Positions 1 to 10,066 of a stretch of DNA of 47,496 nt are shown here, one piece after another (the first letter of the stretch is position 1; every line of letters begins with the position of its first letter). The notes below the pieces were generated by a model. It was not told the DNA's origin and did no database searches. It saw only the letters and a list, made by a program, of their open reading frames with translations. Source of the DNA: Candidatus Nomurabacteria bacterium (lineage in GTDB: Bacteria > Patescibacteriota > Minisyncoccia > Phycocordibacterales > UBA9973); assembly GCA_943354645.1 (NCBI GenBank), contig CALRCO010000001.1, forward strand, positions 1 through 47,496, written 5' to 3'. The translations under genes were made by a program, and so were the position numbers.

Positions 1-1
1 T

Positions 2-670
2 AAAATAATACAATTAACCGCAACCTCTTGTGGCGATGGTATCGTTAATGGTCCAGAAGAATGCGATGATGGTGTCAATAATGGGAAAATCCCTGCAAGT
101 GTGTATGGTAGTTCATCAACCTACTGCGCGGGTACAGGATTAGCAAATGATATTTCTGTTGGTGCGTGCAAAACAGTAACAGTGCCAGGTGCGTATTGCG
201 GAGATAAGGTTATTGATAGTCCACCAGAGCAATGTGATGATGGTGCTGCTAATACAGATACCTGTACACCAGACGGCGCTCCGTGTAGTTATTGCGATAG
301 TATTTCATGTACAGAAAATACTATAGCAGCACCTGTTGTTACGATTTCAGATTTTATTGTTCCTGCTTGTGTTGTTTCTGGTGATGATTCAAAACCCGTA
401 GCATCGTGGATATCAAATGGAGATACCTGTGAGATTACCGGCACTGATGTGATTAGTGGTGCAGGAAGTGATACAGTCCCATTATTTTCATCGCCAAATA
501 CCGCCATTGATCCTATTTCTCCCCTTGGTATCTATAAGGTAGTATTAATATGTAAAGCAAAAAATGCATTAGATGCGTCTATGTCGGCGACGTTCGATGT
601 TGAAAAATCATGTTCTGGTGTAGGTGGTGGCACTAGCGCGCCGATTCAACCTGTGTACATTGATTCGTAA
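2..670 (+). CDS. Partial (5'-truncated) cysteine-rich surface protein with Myxococcus-type CGDG..EECDDG repeats (DUF4215-like)
   Basis: Frame is open from nt 2 (KIIQLTATSCGDGIVNGPEECDDG...) and joins ORF 101..670; second repeat CGDKVIDSPPEQCDDG. Confidence 0.75.
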   Translation, partial: KIIQLTATSCGDGIVNGPEECDDGVNNGKIPASVYGSSSTYCAGTGLANDISVGACKTVTVPGAYCGDKVIDSPPEQCDDGAANTDTCTPDGAPCSYCDSISCTENTIAAPVVTISDFIVPACVVSGDDSKPVASWISNGDTCEITGTDVISGAGSDTVPLFSSPNTAIDPISPLGIYKVVLICKAKNALDASMSATFDVEKSCSGVGGGTSAPIQPVYIDS

Positions 671-705
671 AATTAAAATTTATAAGTTTAGGGTATAATA
701 AAAAT

Positions 706-1053
706 ATGAAAAATGGTAAAGCAATTATATTAGGAATACTTGTCGCTATCGGTGCGACCGTGGCGAGTGCAAACTGGACAGCACCAACCGCAAGTCCTCC
801 AGGAGGAAATGCGTATCCACCGCTCAATACATCGAGCGTGAATCAAGCAAAACAAGGAGGCCTTGGCGTTGGTACCTTCCTTGCGACAGATATTGCATAC
901 TTTTTGGGAGATGTTTCATTTGGATGTGATGTATTAAATTGTGGGACAGCATATACTCCTGATGTCTATATTCAAGAACTAAAAGATGGGAGCGCTAATA
1001 TTGTGCCTGTGTGTGTGGATGGTGCAACAGGTAAACTTGTTATTTGTCAGTAA
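706..1053 (+). CDS. Small secreted protein, W-x-x-P...P-L-N...Q-x-K-x-G-G-L-G-V-G motif
   Basis: Signal peptide, then WTAPTASPPGGNAYPPLNTSSVNQAKQGGLGVG; paralog of 1078..1518. Confidence 0.8.
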   Translation: MKNGKAIILGILVAIGATVASANWTAPTASPPGGNAYPPLNTSSVNQAKQGGLGVGTFLATDIAYFLGDVSFGCDVLNCGTAYTPDVYIQELKDGSANIVPVCVDGATGKLVICQ

Positions 1054-1077
1054 GGACACTCAACGCATAGTAAATAC

Positions 1078-1518
1078 ATGCAAAAAATTTTCATACAAAA
1101 CATAAAAGCACTTATCCTTTTTCTTATCATTATGATCGGGGTGCAATTTGCGGGTGCTGCATGGGTTAATGCGCCAGGAAGTGTTGCAAATGATGCGTAC
1201 ATGCCATTGCACACGGGCACTGAAAATCAAATTAAAGCAGAAGGGAACACATATGGCGGTCTCGGTGTCGGTACTTTTTTTGCAAATTTAAAGAGTGAAT
1301 TTCATGCGGATGTGCATATTGGGGGGACGCTCGGCGCGAGTACGTTTGCCCCAAAAGTGTATTTGGTTAAATTTAAAGACGGTGGAGGTCAAAAATATCT
1401 TTGCGTTGACCGCAGTGATGGAAAGTTGATGGTGAGCGAGGTGAGTGATTGTGCTGATCTTGCAGGAGCAAATCTCCGAGGAGGAACACCATCGTTACAG
1501 CCTGCAGGACGAAATTAA
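1078..1518 (+). CDS. Small secreted protein, paralog of 706..1053
   Basis: Signal peptide; shares GGLGVGTF and CVD..GKL motifs. Confidence 0.8.
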   Translation: MQKIFIQNIKALILFLIIMIGVQFAGAAWVNAPGSVANDAYMPLHTGTENQIKAEGNTYGGLGVGTFFANLKSEFHADVHIGGTLGASTFAPKVYLVKFKDGGGQKYLCVDRSDGKLMVSEVSDCADLAGANLRGGTPSLQPAGRN

Positions 1519-1528
1519 TTTTTTATAG

Positions 1529-1560
1529 ATACACGCGCATACACATGTGCGTGTATTTTT
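1529..1560 (+). terminator. Intrinsic terminator
   Basis: ATACACGCGCAT/ATGTGCGTGTAT stem followed by T tract. Confidence 0.7.
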
Positions 1561-1597
1561 TCTTTTTTAAAAACAAATATGCGCTATACTTTAGGTA

Positions 1598-3358
1598 ATG
1601 ACTATCAATGAAGATCGTTTAAAGAAATTAATTCTTGACGCATCACTCGCAAGCACGGCAGATATTGAAACAGCAGAAGCGTACGGAAGAGAGAAAAACA
1701 TGACACTCAGTGATGCACTGCTTTCGCTTGGTAAAATGAGTGAAAGTGATTTAGCGCGATTGCACGCGTATGCATTTGGCGTACCGTTTGTGTCGCTTAT
1801 CGGAGAAAAAATTCCATTCGAGGTACTTTCAATGATTCCCGAGCCAATTGCACGTTCACAAAATATTATTGCGTATAAAAAAAATGCAACAGAACTTGAG
1901 GTTGCCATGCTTGATATTGACGATGTATCTGTGCTTGATTCCATTAAGAAAAAAGTTGCGCTCAAAATTTTGCCACGATTGACTGATACTGATTCCATCA
2001 AACAAGCACTTGCGCAGTACCGTAAAAGTTTGCAAGCAGATTTTGATGTGATTCTTAAAAAAGAAAATATAGCTGTTGATTCATTACATATTCAAAAAGA
2101 GGCAAAAGAAGGAGATGTATCTGCAAAAGAGCTCGCGGCACTTGCAGAAGATTTGCCGATTGTAAAAATTGTCGACACACTTATTTCACATGCGATTTTG
2201 GCGGGGGCATCGGACGTGCACATTGAACCGACAGAAGACGCGCTCATTGTTCGTTATCGTATCGATGGCATCTTACATGATGCGATGAGTCTTCCAAAAG
2301 AATCTGCCGCTGGCGTCGTTGCTCGTATTAAAGTGCTGTCGAATTTAAAATTGGATGAAAAACGTCTTCCGCAAGATGGACGTTTCAAAATGCATAATGA
2401 AGGACAAAGTGTTTCATTTCGTGTCTCAACACTGCCGACGTATTTCGGCGAAAAAACAGTGTTTCGTATTTTGATTGAGAACTCGAAAGGGTATACGCTC
2501 GAGAGTTTAGGATTTCATGGCGACGCACTTGAACGTATTCATCATGCAATGCGCCAAAAGACAGGGATGATTTTGGCAACAGGACCGACCGGATCCGGTA
2601 AAACGACGACGCTCTACACAATGCTTGATATGCTCAACACGCCTGAGGTTAATATTTCAACCATTGAAGATCCAATTGAATATCAAATGGCGCGCATCAA
2701 CCAATCGCAAGTAAAACCTGAAATCGGATTTAGTTTTGCAAATGGCTTGCGTACACTGCTTCGCCAAGACCCAGATATTGTCATGGTGGGAGAAATTCGT
2801 GATGAAGAAACCGCATCGCTTGCTATCAACGCATCGCTTACCGGTCACTTAGTGCTTTCGACAATTCACACCAACTCTGCAGCCGGAGCAGTGCCTCGCA
2901 TGACGGATATGGGAAGTGAACCATTTCTTATTATTTCAACGGTGAAAACCGTGATCGGCCAGCGTCTCGTGCGCAGACTTTCGGATAGTAAAGAAAAAAG
3001 TGTGATGACTCGTACAGAGATAGACGCGCTTGGTAAAATTATTGATCTTGCGCGCATGCTTGAGCTACTAAAAAAAGAAAATGTTATTGGACCCACAGCG
3101 ACATGGGAAAATTTGCCCATCTATCGCCCGGTACAGAGTGAAGAAGCTCCAGACGGATACAAAGGCCGTGTCGGTATCCATGAAGTGATGACGGTGACAA
3201 CCACACTCAAAGAAATGATTCTAAAAGGTGCATCAGAAGATGCGATCCAAGAACAAGCTAAAAAAGAGGGCATGATGACCATGCTCGAAGATGGCATTTA
3301 CCTCGCCGTCCAAGGCGAAACGACGATTGAAGAAGTATTGCGTGTGGTGTCGGAATAA
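1598..3358 (+). CDS. pilB: Type IV pilus assembly ATPase PilB/GspE
   Basis: ASDVHIEP, RLPQDGR, Walker A GPTGSGKTTT, TIEDPIEY, LRQDPDIVMVGEIRD, GHLVLSTIH. Confidence 0.95.
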   Translation: MTINEDRLKKLILDASLASTADIETAEAYGREKNMTLSDALLSLGKMSESDLARLHAYAFGVPFVSLIGEKIPFEVLSMIPEPIARSQNIIAYKKNATELEVAMLDIDDVSVLDSIKKKVALKILPRLTDTDSIKQALAQYRKSLQADFDVILKKENIAVDSLHIQKEAKEGDVSAKELAALAEDLPIVKIVDTLISHAILAGASDVHIEPTEDALIVRYRIDGILHDAMSLPKESAAGVVARIKVLSNLKLDEKRLPQDGRFKMHNEGQSVSFRVSTLPTYFGEKTVFRILIENSKGYTLESLGFHGDALERIHHAMRQKTGMILATGPTGSGKTTTLYTMLDMLNTPEVNISTIEDPIEYQMARINQSQVKPEIGFSFANGLRTLLRQDPDIVMVGEIRDEETASLAINASLTGHLVLSTIHTNSAAGAVPRMTDMGSEPFLIISTVKTVIGQRLVRRLSDSKEKSVMTRTEIDALGKIIDLARMLELLKKENVIGPTATWENLPIYRPVQSEEAPDGYKGRVGIHEVMTVTTTLKEMILKGASEDAIQEQAKKEGMMTMLEDGIYLAVQGETTIEEVLRVVSE

Positions 3359-3361
3359 TAC

Positions 3362-4573
3362 ATGAAATTCACTATTATCTCACAAACAAAGACAGGCGAA
3401 CGGAAACAAGCAGTCATTGATGCGCCCGATAAATTTGCTGCAGCAAAAATAGTGCGCGACCTCGGAGAATTTCCAATTAGTGCAACACCATGGAAACCCG
3501 CGCAACAATTTTCTGATGTCTTTGCGCATTTCTTTAGTCGAATTACGCTCCATGAAAAAATTCTTTTTACGCGTAATCTCTCAGGAATGCTTTCTGCTGG
3601 TTTGTCTTTGTATCGGGCGCTCGACGTGCTTAAGAAACAATCAGCAAATCAAAAACTCTCCAGTGTCCTTGAAGCACTCATGAAAACAATTGATTCTGGT
3701 GGTTCACTTTCTGCAGCAATGGAAAAATTTCCAAAAGTATTTTCGACTATCTTTATCGCCATGGTGAAAGCTGGCGAAGAATCGGGGAGTTTGGCGAAAT
3801 CACTTAAAGAAATCGGTGTCCATCTTGAAAAAGAGTATACACTTATTAAAAAAATTAAGGGAGCAATGACGTACCCGATGATTATTGTCGCGGCGGTTTT
3901 TTTAATCGGTATTCTCATGTTTATTTTTGTGGTGCCAACACTCGTCAACACCTTTGCAGAGCTTGATGCTGAATTGCCTTCGTCAACAAAAATCGTGATT
4001 TTTATTTCAAATGCACTTTCAAAGCACACGTTATTATTTTTTGGCATATTATTTTCTACCGGTATCAGCTTGTATTTTCTTTCGAAATTGCGGTCTGTTA
4101 AATATGGATTTGAATACTGCCTCTTACGTATACCTGTTATTGGGCTTATCACCAAAGAGGTAAATGCCGCTCGCACCACACGGACACTTGCGTCACTTCT
4201 TGCTGCGGGGGTGAGCGTGACACGGGCAATATTGATTACGAGAGACGTCATTCAAAATCACTTTTATAAAGAAGTGCTTGCAACGGTGGCAAACAACGTT
4301 GAAAAAGGGGTGCCTATTTCAAAAGCGATCAAAGAAAATATACAGTTGTATCCCGTGATGGTCGGGGAAATGATCGAGGTGGGTGAGGAAACAGGAAATT
4401 TATCAGTAATGCTTTCTGATATTGCGTCGTTTTATGAGGATGAAGTTGATTTAAAAACAAAAGATTTAACCACCATCATCGAACCGATTCTCATGATATT
4501 GATCGGTGCAGCGGTTGGATTTTTTGCAATTTCGATGATTACGCCGATGTATTCTCTCGTTAACGCGATTTAG
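3362..4573 (+). CDS. pilC: Type IV pilus inner-membrane platform protein PilC/GspF
   Basis: Two T2SSF repeats (AGEESGSL, VGEETGNL), AMTYP, EPILMIL. Confidence 0.95.
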   Translation: MKFTIISQTKTGERKQAVIDAPDKFAAAKIVRDLGEFPISATPWKPAQQFSDVFAHFFSRITLHEKILFTRNLSGMLSAGLSLYRALDVLKKQSANQKLSSVLEALMKTIDSGGSLSAAMEKFPKVFSTIFIAMVKAGEESGSLAKSLKEIGVHLEKEYTLIKKIKGAMTYPMIIVAAVFLIGILMFIFVVPTLVNTFAELDAELPSSTKIVIFISNALSKHTLLFFGILFSTGISLYFLSKLRSVKYGFEYCLLRIPVIGLITKEVNAARTTRTLASLLAAGVSVTRAILITRDVIQNHFYKEVLATVANNVEKGVPISKAIKENIQLYPVMVGEMIEVGEETGNLSVMLSDIASFYEDEVDLKTKDLTTIIEPILMILIGAAVGFFAISMITPMYSLVNAI

Positions 4574-4592
4574 TAAGTAGAAAGACAAAAAA

Positions 4593-5186
4593 ATGGATAC
4601 AGAAACAAATAAAAATAAAAGATATACTACAGGGTTTACCCCCACACCAATTCGATCAAGTCATCTTTTCGTATCCTGGCACTCTTTGTTTTCACAAAAA
4701 AAAGGTAAAGAAAAATCTTTTCGGGTAAAATTGGTGTGGGGGTTTACCTTTATTGAAATACTTATTTCAATTGCCATCCTTGCTATTATTGCCATGGCAA
4801 TAATTGGCCCATTTGCATCATTTCGAAACGCACAGGCAATTAAAAATACAAGTGAAAGTGTGGTCGCACTCCTTAATCAAGCGCGAGTTAAAACTCTTGC
4901 ATCAGAAAATCTTTTGCAATACGGCGTGCATGTACAGACCGATAAAGCGATTCTTTTTTCTGGGTCATCATATAGTGGCGGTACGTCAATTTCAGAAATT
5001 GTGGTGAGTGATAGCAATATTACACTTACCAATATCTCACTTTTAGGCGGGGGGAGTGATGTGGTGTTTAATCGGCTGACAGGCGTTACCGATAATTATG
5101 GTACGCTTAAGGTGATACATGCAAATGCAAATGTGCCACAAAAAACAATTACCATTTCAAAGACAGGGACAGTGAGTAGTGATTGA
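4593..5186 (+). CDS. Prepilin/pseudopilin (FimT/GspH-like) with a 36-aa element-derived insertion in its leader
   Basis: G|FTFIEILISIAIL class III signal; GFT duplicated 36 codons upstream. Confidence 0.9.
   Translation: MDTETNKNKRYTTGFTPTPIRSSHLFVSWHSLFSQKKGKEKSFRVKLVWGFTFIEILISIAILAIIAMAIIGPFASFRNAQAIKNTSESVVALLNQARVKTLASENLLQYGVHVQTDKAILFSGSSYSGGTSISEIVVSDSNITLTNISLLGGGSDVVFNRLTGVTDNYGTLKVIHANANVPQKTITISKTGTVSSD
4639..4742. mobile_element. 104-bp palindromic miniature element inserted in frame in the prepilin gene
   Basis: Perfect 14-bp terminal inverted repeat CCCCCACACCAATT/AATTGGTGTGGGGG flanked by TTTA at 4635-4638 and 4743-4746. Confidence 0.8.
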
Positions 5187-5232
5187 TTTAGTAAATAGGT
5201 AGTAGTAAATAGTAAGTAGAAAACACAGAGCG

Positions 5233-5727
5233 ATGAACAAAAAACAGCAAAACAAAAACAAAATAAACCGCAAACGAGGGTCCGTGCTTGTAGAAGTGCT
5301 CATTGCTGCCTTTATTATATTGATCACCTTTCTTATCCTTACGGCGACATTGCAAAAATCAGTACAGTTAGCACAAGCATCTCTTGCGCGACAACAGGCG
5401 AATTTGCTCATTGAAGAAGGAGCAGAAGCAGTAAAACTTATTCGTGATACAAGTTGGGCGTCTATAACTGCAGTGCCTACAAATACAACAGAATACCTTG
5501 CATTTAGTGGCGGGACATGGGCAGTTACTAGCACACCAACAACGATTGATGGATTTACTCGAACAATTACTATTGCTGATGTGATGCGTAGTGCCACAGA
5601 TGATATCGCTGGAAGTGGTACCCTTGATACGGGGACTAAAAAAGTTACCGTAACGGTATCGTGGCTGCTAAAAGGAACGACGCAAAACGAAAGTCTTATT
5701 TTTTATGTAGCAGATATTGCGAGCTAG
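5233..5727 (+). CDS. Minor pilin (PilV-like)
   Basis: KRG|SVLVEVLIAAFII class III signal; C-terminal KKVTVTVSW. Confidence 0.85.
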   Translation: MNKKQQNKNKINRKRGSVLVEVLIAAFIILITFLILTATLQKSVQLAQASLARQQANLLIEEGAEAVKLIRDTSWASITAVPTNTTEYLAFSGGTWAVTSTPTTIDGFTRTITIADVMRSATDDIAGSGTLDTGTKKVTVTVSWLLKGTTQNESLIFYVADIAS

Positions 5728-5734
5728 TAATTAT

Positions 5735-6256
5735 ATGCATCATTTTTTTTCAACAAAACAACAGCGAGGGTATAGTGTCATTGAACTTATTATTTATTTG
5801 GCATTATTTGCATTGCTTTCAATCGCTATTATCAATGCGCTCATTATCGCAATGAAATCATTTGCTGAAGTAAAAACAATGCGTGCCCTTGCATCAACCG
5901 CATCGCTTACCATGGAGCGTATGTCACGTGAAATACGAGGTGCGCAAAGTATTGATACTGCAGGGAGTACATTTACGACAAGTCCTGGGGTGTTATCACT
6001 CAACACTCTTGATGGATCTGGTGCTGCGCGAGTAGTGGTATTTGATGTAGTGAATGGGGCGCTTCGTTTAAAGGAAAATGGTGTTGTAACGGGGACACTC
6101 ACTGATGCACATGAATCCATCAGTAGTCTTATCTTTAGAAAAATAACTACCCCTGTTGGCACTGCGGTAAAAATTGAAATGACTATTACTAATGCGAGCG
6201 GTATTGTTATTACCAGAAATTTTTATGATACCGTGGTAGTGAGAGGAGAGTATTAA
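5735..6256 (+). CDS. Minor pilin (PilW/GspJ-like)
   Basis: RG|YSVIELIIYLALFALL; MERMSREIR; ATG at 5735 follows the previous stop. Confidence 0.85.
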   Translation: MHHFFSTKQQRGYSVIELIIYLALFALLSIAIINALIIAMKSFAEVKTMRALASTASLTMERMSREIRGAQSIDTAGSTFTTSPGVLSLNTLDGSGAARVVVFDVVNGALRLKENGVVTGTLTDAHESISSLIFRKITTPVGTAVKIEMTITNASGIVITRNFYDTVVVRGEY

Positions 6257-6286
6257 AACAGTAAGTAGTGAGTAATAAAAAATAAC

Positions 6287-8056
6287 ATGCAAAAAATACA
6301 AACAAAAAAAATAAATATGCAAAGCGGGTTTGTGATGTTACTCGCCGTCATATTTTTTGTTTCTATTTCAGCTGCGGTTGGTATCGGACTTGTTGCTCCT
6401 GTGGTAAAGGAATACAGAAATACTGGCGATGCAGTGCTTTCAAAAAAGAGTTATTTCTTGGCAGAATCAGGAGTTGAAGATGCTGTCTATCGTATTAAAC
6501 ACAATAAACAAATAGACTCAAGTGAGACAATTACGACCACAGATGGTCAAGCAACAACATCAATTGCTGCGGTTGGAAGTAATCAAAAACAAGTGGTAGC
6601 ACTTGGCGATAGTGATGAGAAAAATCGCAGAGTCACCGCAACCCTTTCAACAGGGGCGGGTGTTGTCTTTAAGTATGGGACACAAGGAGGTGAAGCAGGA
6701 GTTGAATTTAAAAATAACGCAGGACTGTACGGCAGTTTGTATACGAACGGGAGTATTATTGGGGCAAACAATGCTTTTATAACGGGTGATGTATTTGTTG
6801 CGAATACTCCTGCTATTGCCGCTGACCAAACAAACGACACACCATCAACACCAACAAATAGTATTGTCTTTGGTAATGCAAATAGCACCCAAGATGTCGC
6901 ACAGAGTTTTCAATTAAGCACCACAGGATTGGTAAATAAAGTTGATCTTTATATTAAAAAAACAAGTACACCAAGTAATGCAACGGTGCGTATTGTTACG
7001 AATAACGCTGGTTCTCCAAGTACGACAACTGTTGCGAGTGGCACATTAAACGCAACTTTGGTGACAACGAGCTACGGATGGATATCGGTGCCGTTTACGT
7101 CAAACCCACAATTACTTTCCGGCACGACGTATTGGCTTGTTATCGATGCAGCAACAAGCGCAACAAAATATTACACGCTTGGTGCAAATACTGCGTACAC
7201 AAATGGGCAAGCAAAAATTGGCGCGTATAGCGGCACATGGAACAACACAACACCATCAGGACTCGATGGGTATTTCAAATTATATTTAGGGGGGATTAAT
7301 TCATATATCGACAACATGGATATTGGTACCGGTGGTACAGGTGCTGCGCATGCGCATACCATAACCAATTCAACCGCAACGGGAAATTTATATTGTCAGA
7401 CCGGTAGTAGTAATAATAAATCATGCGATACATCGCAAGCAGATCCAACACCAGAAAGCTTGCCGGTATCTGATGCAAATATTGCAGAATGGAAAGATGA
7501 TGCGCTCGCGGGAGGTGTAACAAATGGTGATGTGACAGTATCAGGAACATCAACACTTGGACCAAAGAAAATTGTCGGGAATTTAACCGTATCAGGAACA
7601 CTTACTCTTTCTAATACGCTTTGGGTTACGGGTAATGTTACCGTAAGTGGTAACGGTATTATAAAATTGGATAGCACATATGGTACGACGAGCGGTCTGA
7701 TTATTGCTGATGGCTATATTTCGCTTGGTAACAATGTGGTATTCCAAGATTCAGGTACCGCTGGTAGTTATATTATGCTTCTTTCGACAAGTACCTGTGA
7801 CGCGGACACGGCAGGTAATCCGTGTGGAGCACTTGATGCTATTTCAGTGAATAACAACTCTGATATCGTGATTGCGAACGCTCAAAAAGGGACGGTCAGC
7901 TTTAGCAATAATGCCTCCGTGAAAGAAGTGGTGGGTAATAAGATAAAATTACAGAATAATGCGACAGTGACTTATGGCTCAGGTCTTATCAATGTCAATT
8001 TTACTAGTGGGCCTTCCGGCGGGTGGACACTGTCGGGGTGGAAAGAAACAGAATAA
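6287..8056 (+). CDS. PilX-like pilin with large Thr/Ser/Gly-rich extracellular region
   Basis: SG|FVMLLAVIF, SYFLAESGVEDA (PilX N-terminal pattern); beta-rich body; start could be 6317. Confidence 0.8.
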   Translation: MQKIQTKKINMQSGFVMLLAVIFFVSISAAVGIGLVAPVVKEYRNTGDAVLSKKSYFLAESGVEDAVYRIKHNKQIDSSETITTTDGQATTSIAAVGSNQKQVVALGDSDEKNRRVTATLSTGAGVVFKYGTQGGEAGVEFKNNAGLYGSLYTNGSIIGANNAFITGDVFVANTPAIAADQTNDTPSTPTNSIVFGNANSTQDVAQSFQLSTTGLVNKVDLYIKKTSTPSNATVRIVTNNAGSPSTTTVASGTLNATLVTTSYGWISVPFTSNPQLLSGTTYWLVIDAATSATKYYTLGANTAYTNGQAKIGAYSGTWNNTTPSGLDGYFKLYLGGINSYIDNMDIGTGGTGAAHAHTITNSTATGNLYCQTGSSNNKSCDTSQADPTPESLPVSDANIAEWKDDALAGGVTNGDVTVSGTSTLGPKKIVGNLTVSGTLTLSNTLWVTGNVTVSGNGIIKLDSTYGTTSGLIIADGYISLGNNVVFQDSGTAGSYIMLLSTSTCDADTAGNPCGALDAISVNNNSDIVIANAQKGTVSFSNNASVKEVVGNKIKLQNNATVTYGSGLINVNFTSGPSGGWTLSGWKETE

Positions 8057-8096
8057 TAACTTAAAAACAACCCTTTAATGGGTTGTTTTTAAGTTA
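8057..8096. terminator. Bidirectional-type terminator closing the pilus cluster
   Basis: TAACTTAAAAACAACCC/GGGTTGTTTTTAAGTTA perfect inverted repeat. Confidence 0.75.
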
Positions 8097-8131
8097 CCAG
8101 GTAGGTTTTTTGATGTGGTATAATATCCCGT

Positions 8132-8878
8132 ATGACTAGCAAAAAAATCATCGTTGCAAACTGGAAAATGAACCCGCTTACCGGCAAAGAAGCGGTTGCG
8201 CTCTTTAAAAAGGTAAAATCACTTGCGGGTAAAAATAAAAATACCGTTATTGTTGCTCCGCCAATGCTTTATTTAGAGGCTATTAAGCGTATGGGTCTTG
8301 GTAAAGTTAAACTTGCGTCGCAAGGTGGGGTAATTGGTGATACTGGTGCCCAAACAGGCATGGTGTCACTCGCTATGGTGAAGAAAGTTGGCGCGTCCCA
8401 TGCAATTCTTGGACATTCTGAAATGCGCGCACGAGGAACGACAGATCAAGAAGTTGCTGAGCAGGTAAAAGACTGTATTACAAAAAATGTCACCCCAATA
8501 CTTTGTGTTGGTGAAAAAGAGCGCGAAGGTGACATGTGGTATTTACATGCAGTGAAATCGCAAATTGAACTTGCGCTTACTGGTATGCAAAAAGCAAAAA
8601 TAGCGAATGTAATTATTGCGTATGAACCTATTTGGGCAATCGGGAAGAATGCTAAGCGCGAAGCGACAGTAAAAGAATGCGAAGAAATGGCAATTTATAT
8701 AAAAAAAGTATTAGCAGATATGTTTGGTCATAAAGAATCAAAAAAAGTGTCTATCTTGTACGGTGGTTCCGTTGATGAAAAAAATGCGCATGTATTTCTT
8801 GAACAGGGTGGAGTAGATGGACTGTTGGTAGGACGAGCAAGTTTGAACTCGAAACAATTTTCAGCAATCATAAATTAA
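8132..8878 (+). CDS. tpiA: Triosephosphate isomerase
   Basis: ANWKMN, GHSE, AYEPIWAIG, LYGGSV, DGLLVGRASL. Confidence 0.97.
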   Translation: MTSKKIIVANWKMNPLTGKEAVALFKKVKSLAGKNKNTVIVAPPMLYLEAIKRMGLGKVKLASQGGVIGDTGAQTGMVSLAMVKKVGASHAILGHSEMRARGTTDQEVAEQVKDCITKNVTPILCVGEKEREGDMWYLHAVKSQIELALTGMQKAKIANVIIAYEPIWAIGKNAKREATVKECEEMAIYIKKVLADMFGHKESKKVSILYGGSVDEKNAHVFLEQGGVDGLLVGRASLNSKQFSAIIN

Positions 8879-8879
8879 C

Positions 8880-9992
8880 ATGAATTCAATAAGATCAATC
8901 AAAAATCTAAAAGGAAAAACAGTATTACTTCGTGCGGACTTTAATGTCCCGATACAAGACGGAAAAGTTTGTGATAATTTCCGTATTAAAAAAGCATTGC
9001 CAACTATCGAGTATTTACACAAAAAAGGCGCTCGAGTCGTTATTATCTCACATGCAGGAAATGATGGTGCGCAATCGCTTGCACCAGTTGCAAAAATCTT
9101 GAAGAAATTTGTACCTGTAATTGCAAGTACGAAGACGATTCTTTCAAAAGAAGAAATAGACGCGTTACCTAAAAATGCTATTGTGCTGCTTGAAAATATC
9201 CGTCGAGAAGAAGGGGAGAAGAAAAACGACACTGCACTTGCGAAAGCGCTTGCTGGTATGGCAGATATGTTTGTGAACGATGCATTTTCTGTCTCACACC
9301 GTGCACACGCATCGGTTGTTGGCGTTTCGAAGTATTTGCCGAATTATGCAGGATTGCAATTGGAAGCAGAAATTAAAAATCTCGGTGGCGTACTTACCAA
9401 GCCAGCACATCCATTTCTATTTATCTTAGGGGGTGCGAAATTCGAAACGAAGTTGCCCCTCATCAAGAAATTTTTAAAGACTGCCGATGCTGTATTTATC
9501 ACTGGTGCGCTTGCGAATAATTTCTTCAAAACAGCTGGTTATGAAGTAGGTACGTCACTGGTGGAAGAGAAAGATTTTGGGTTTAAAGCAATGCTCAAAA
9601 ATAAGAAATTACTCTTGCCGATTGATGTTACCACGCTTTCTGGTAGTGAACACGTCATAAAAACACTTGCAAATGTCTTGCCTAATGACAAAATTATGGA
9701 TATTGGTCCAGAATCTGTAAAATTACTCAAACCAATTATTGCAGACGCAAAACTCGTGCTTTGGAATGGCCCGACGGGTGCCTACGAACATGGTTTTGAT
9801 AAGCAAACAAAGGCTATTTTGAAATTACTCGCAAATGCGAAAGCAAAAACCATCATCGGTGGCGGCGATACCGTAGAGATGGTGAATGAGCTTAAATTGG
9901 AAGATAAATTCGCCTTTGTCTCAACTGGCGGTGGTGCGACACTCGAATTTTTGGCAAAAGGCACCTTGCCGGGGATTAAGGTGTTGAAATAG
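8880..9992 (+). CDS. pgk: Phosphoglycerate kinase
   Basis: RADFNVP, LLENIR, VNDAF..SHRAHAS, GGAK, WNGPTG, GGGDT, STGGGA. Confidence 0.97.
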   Translation: MNSIRSIKNLKGKTVLLRADFNVPIQDGKVCDNFRIKKALPTIEYLHKKGARVVIISHAGNDGAQSLAPVAKILKKFVPVIASTKTILSKEEIDALPKNAIVLLENIRREEGEKKNDTALAKALAGMADMFVNDAFSVSHRAHASVVGVSKYLPNYAGLQLEAEIKNLGGVLTKPAHPFLFILGGAKFETKLPLIKKFLKTADAVFITGALANNFFKTAGYEVGTSLVEEKDFGFKAMLKNKKLLLPIDVTTLSGSEHVIKTLANVLPNDKIMDIGPESVKLLKPIIADAKLVLWNGPTGAYEHGFDKQTKAILKLLANAKAKTIIGGGDTVEMVNELKLEDKFAFVSTGGGATLEFLAKGTLPGIKVLK

Positions 9993-10066
9993 TCGGTGTG
10001 GGGCTTGCACATTTTTCTACAGGGTGTACAGTAAAGAAAAATTGTTCACAAAAAACCTCTCAAATC

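Noticed and set aside
9995..10003. GGTGTGGGG matching the right end of the palindromic element
   Set aside because: No matching left end or target duplication nearby; chance match or unprovable remnant.
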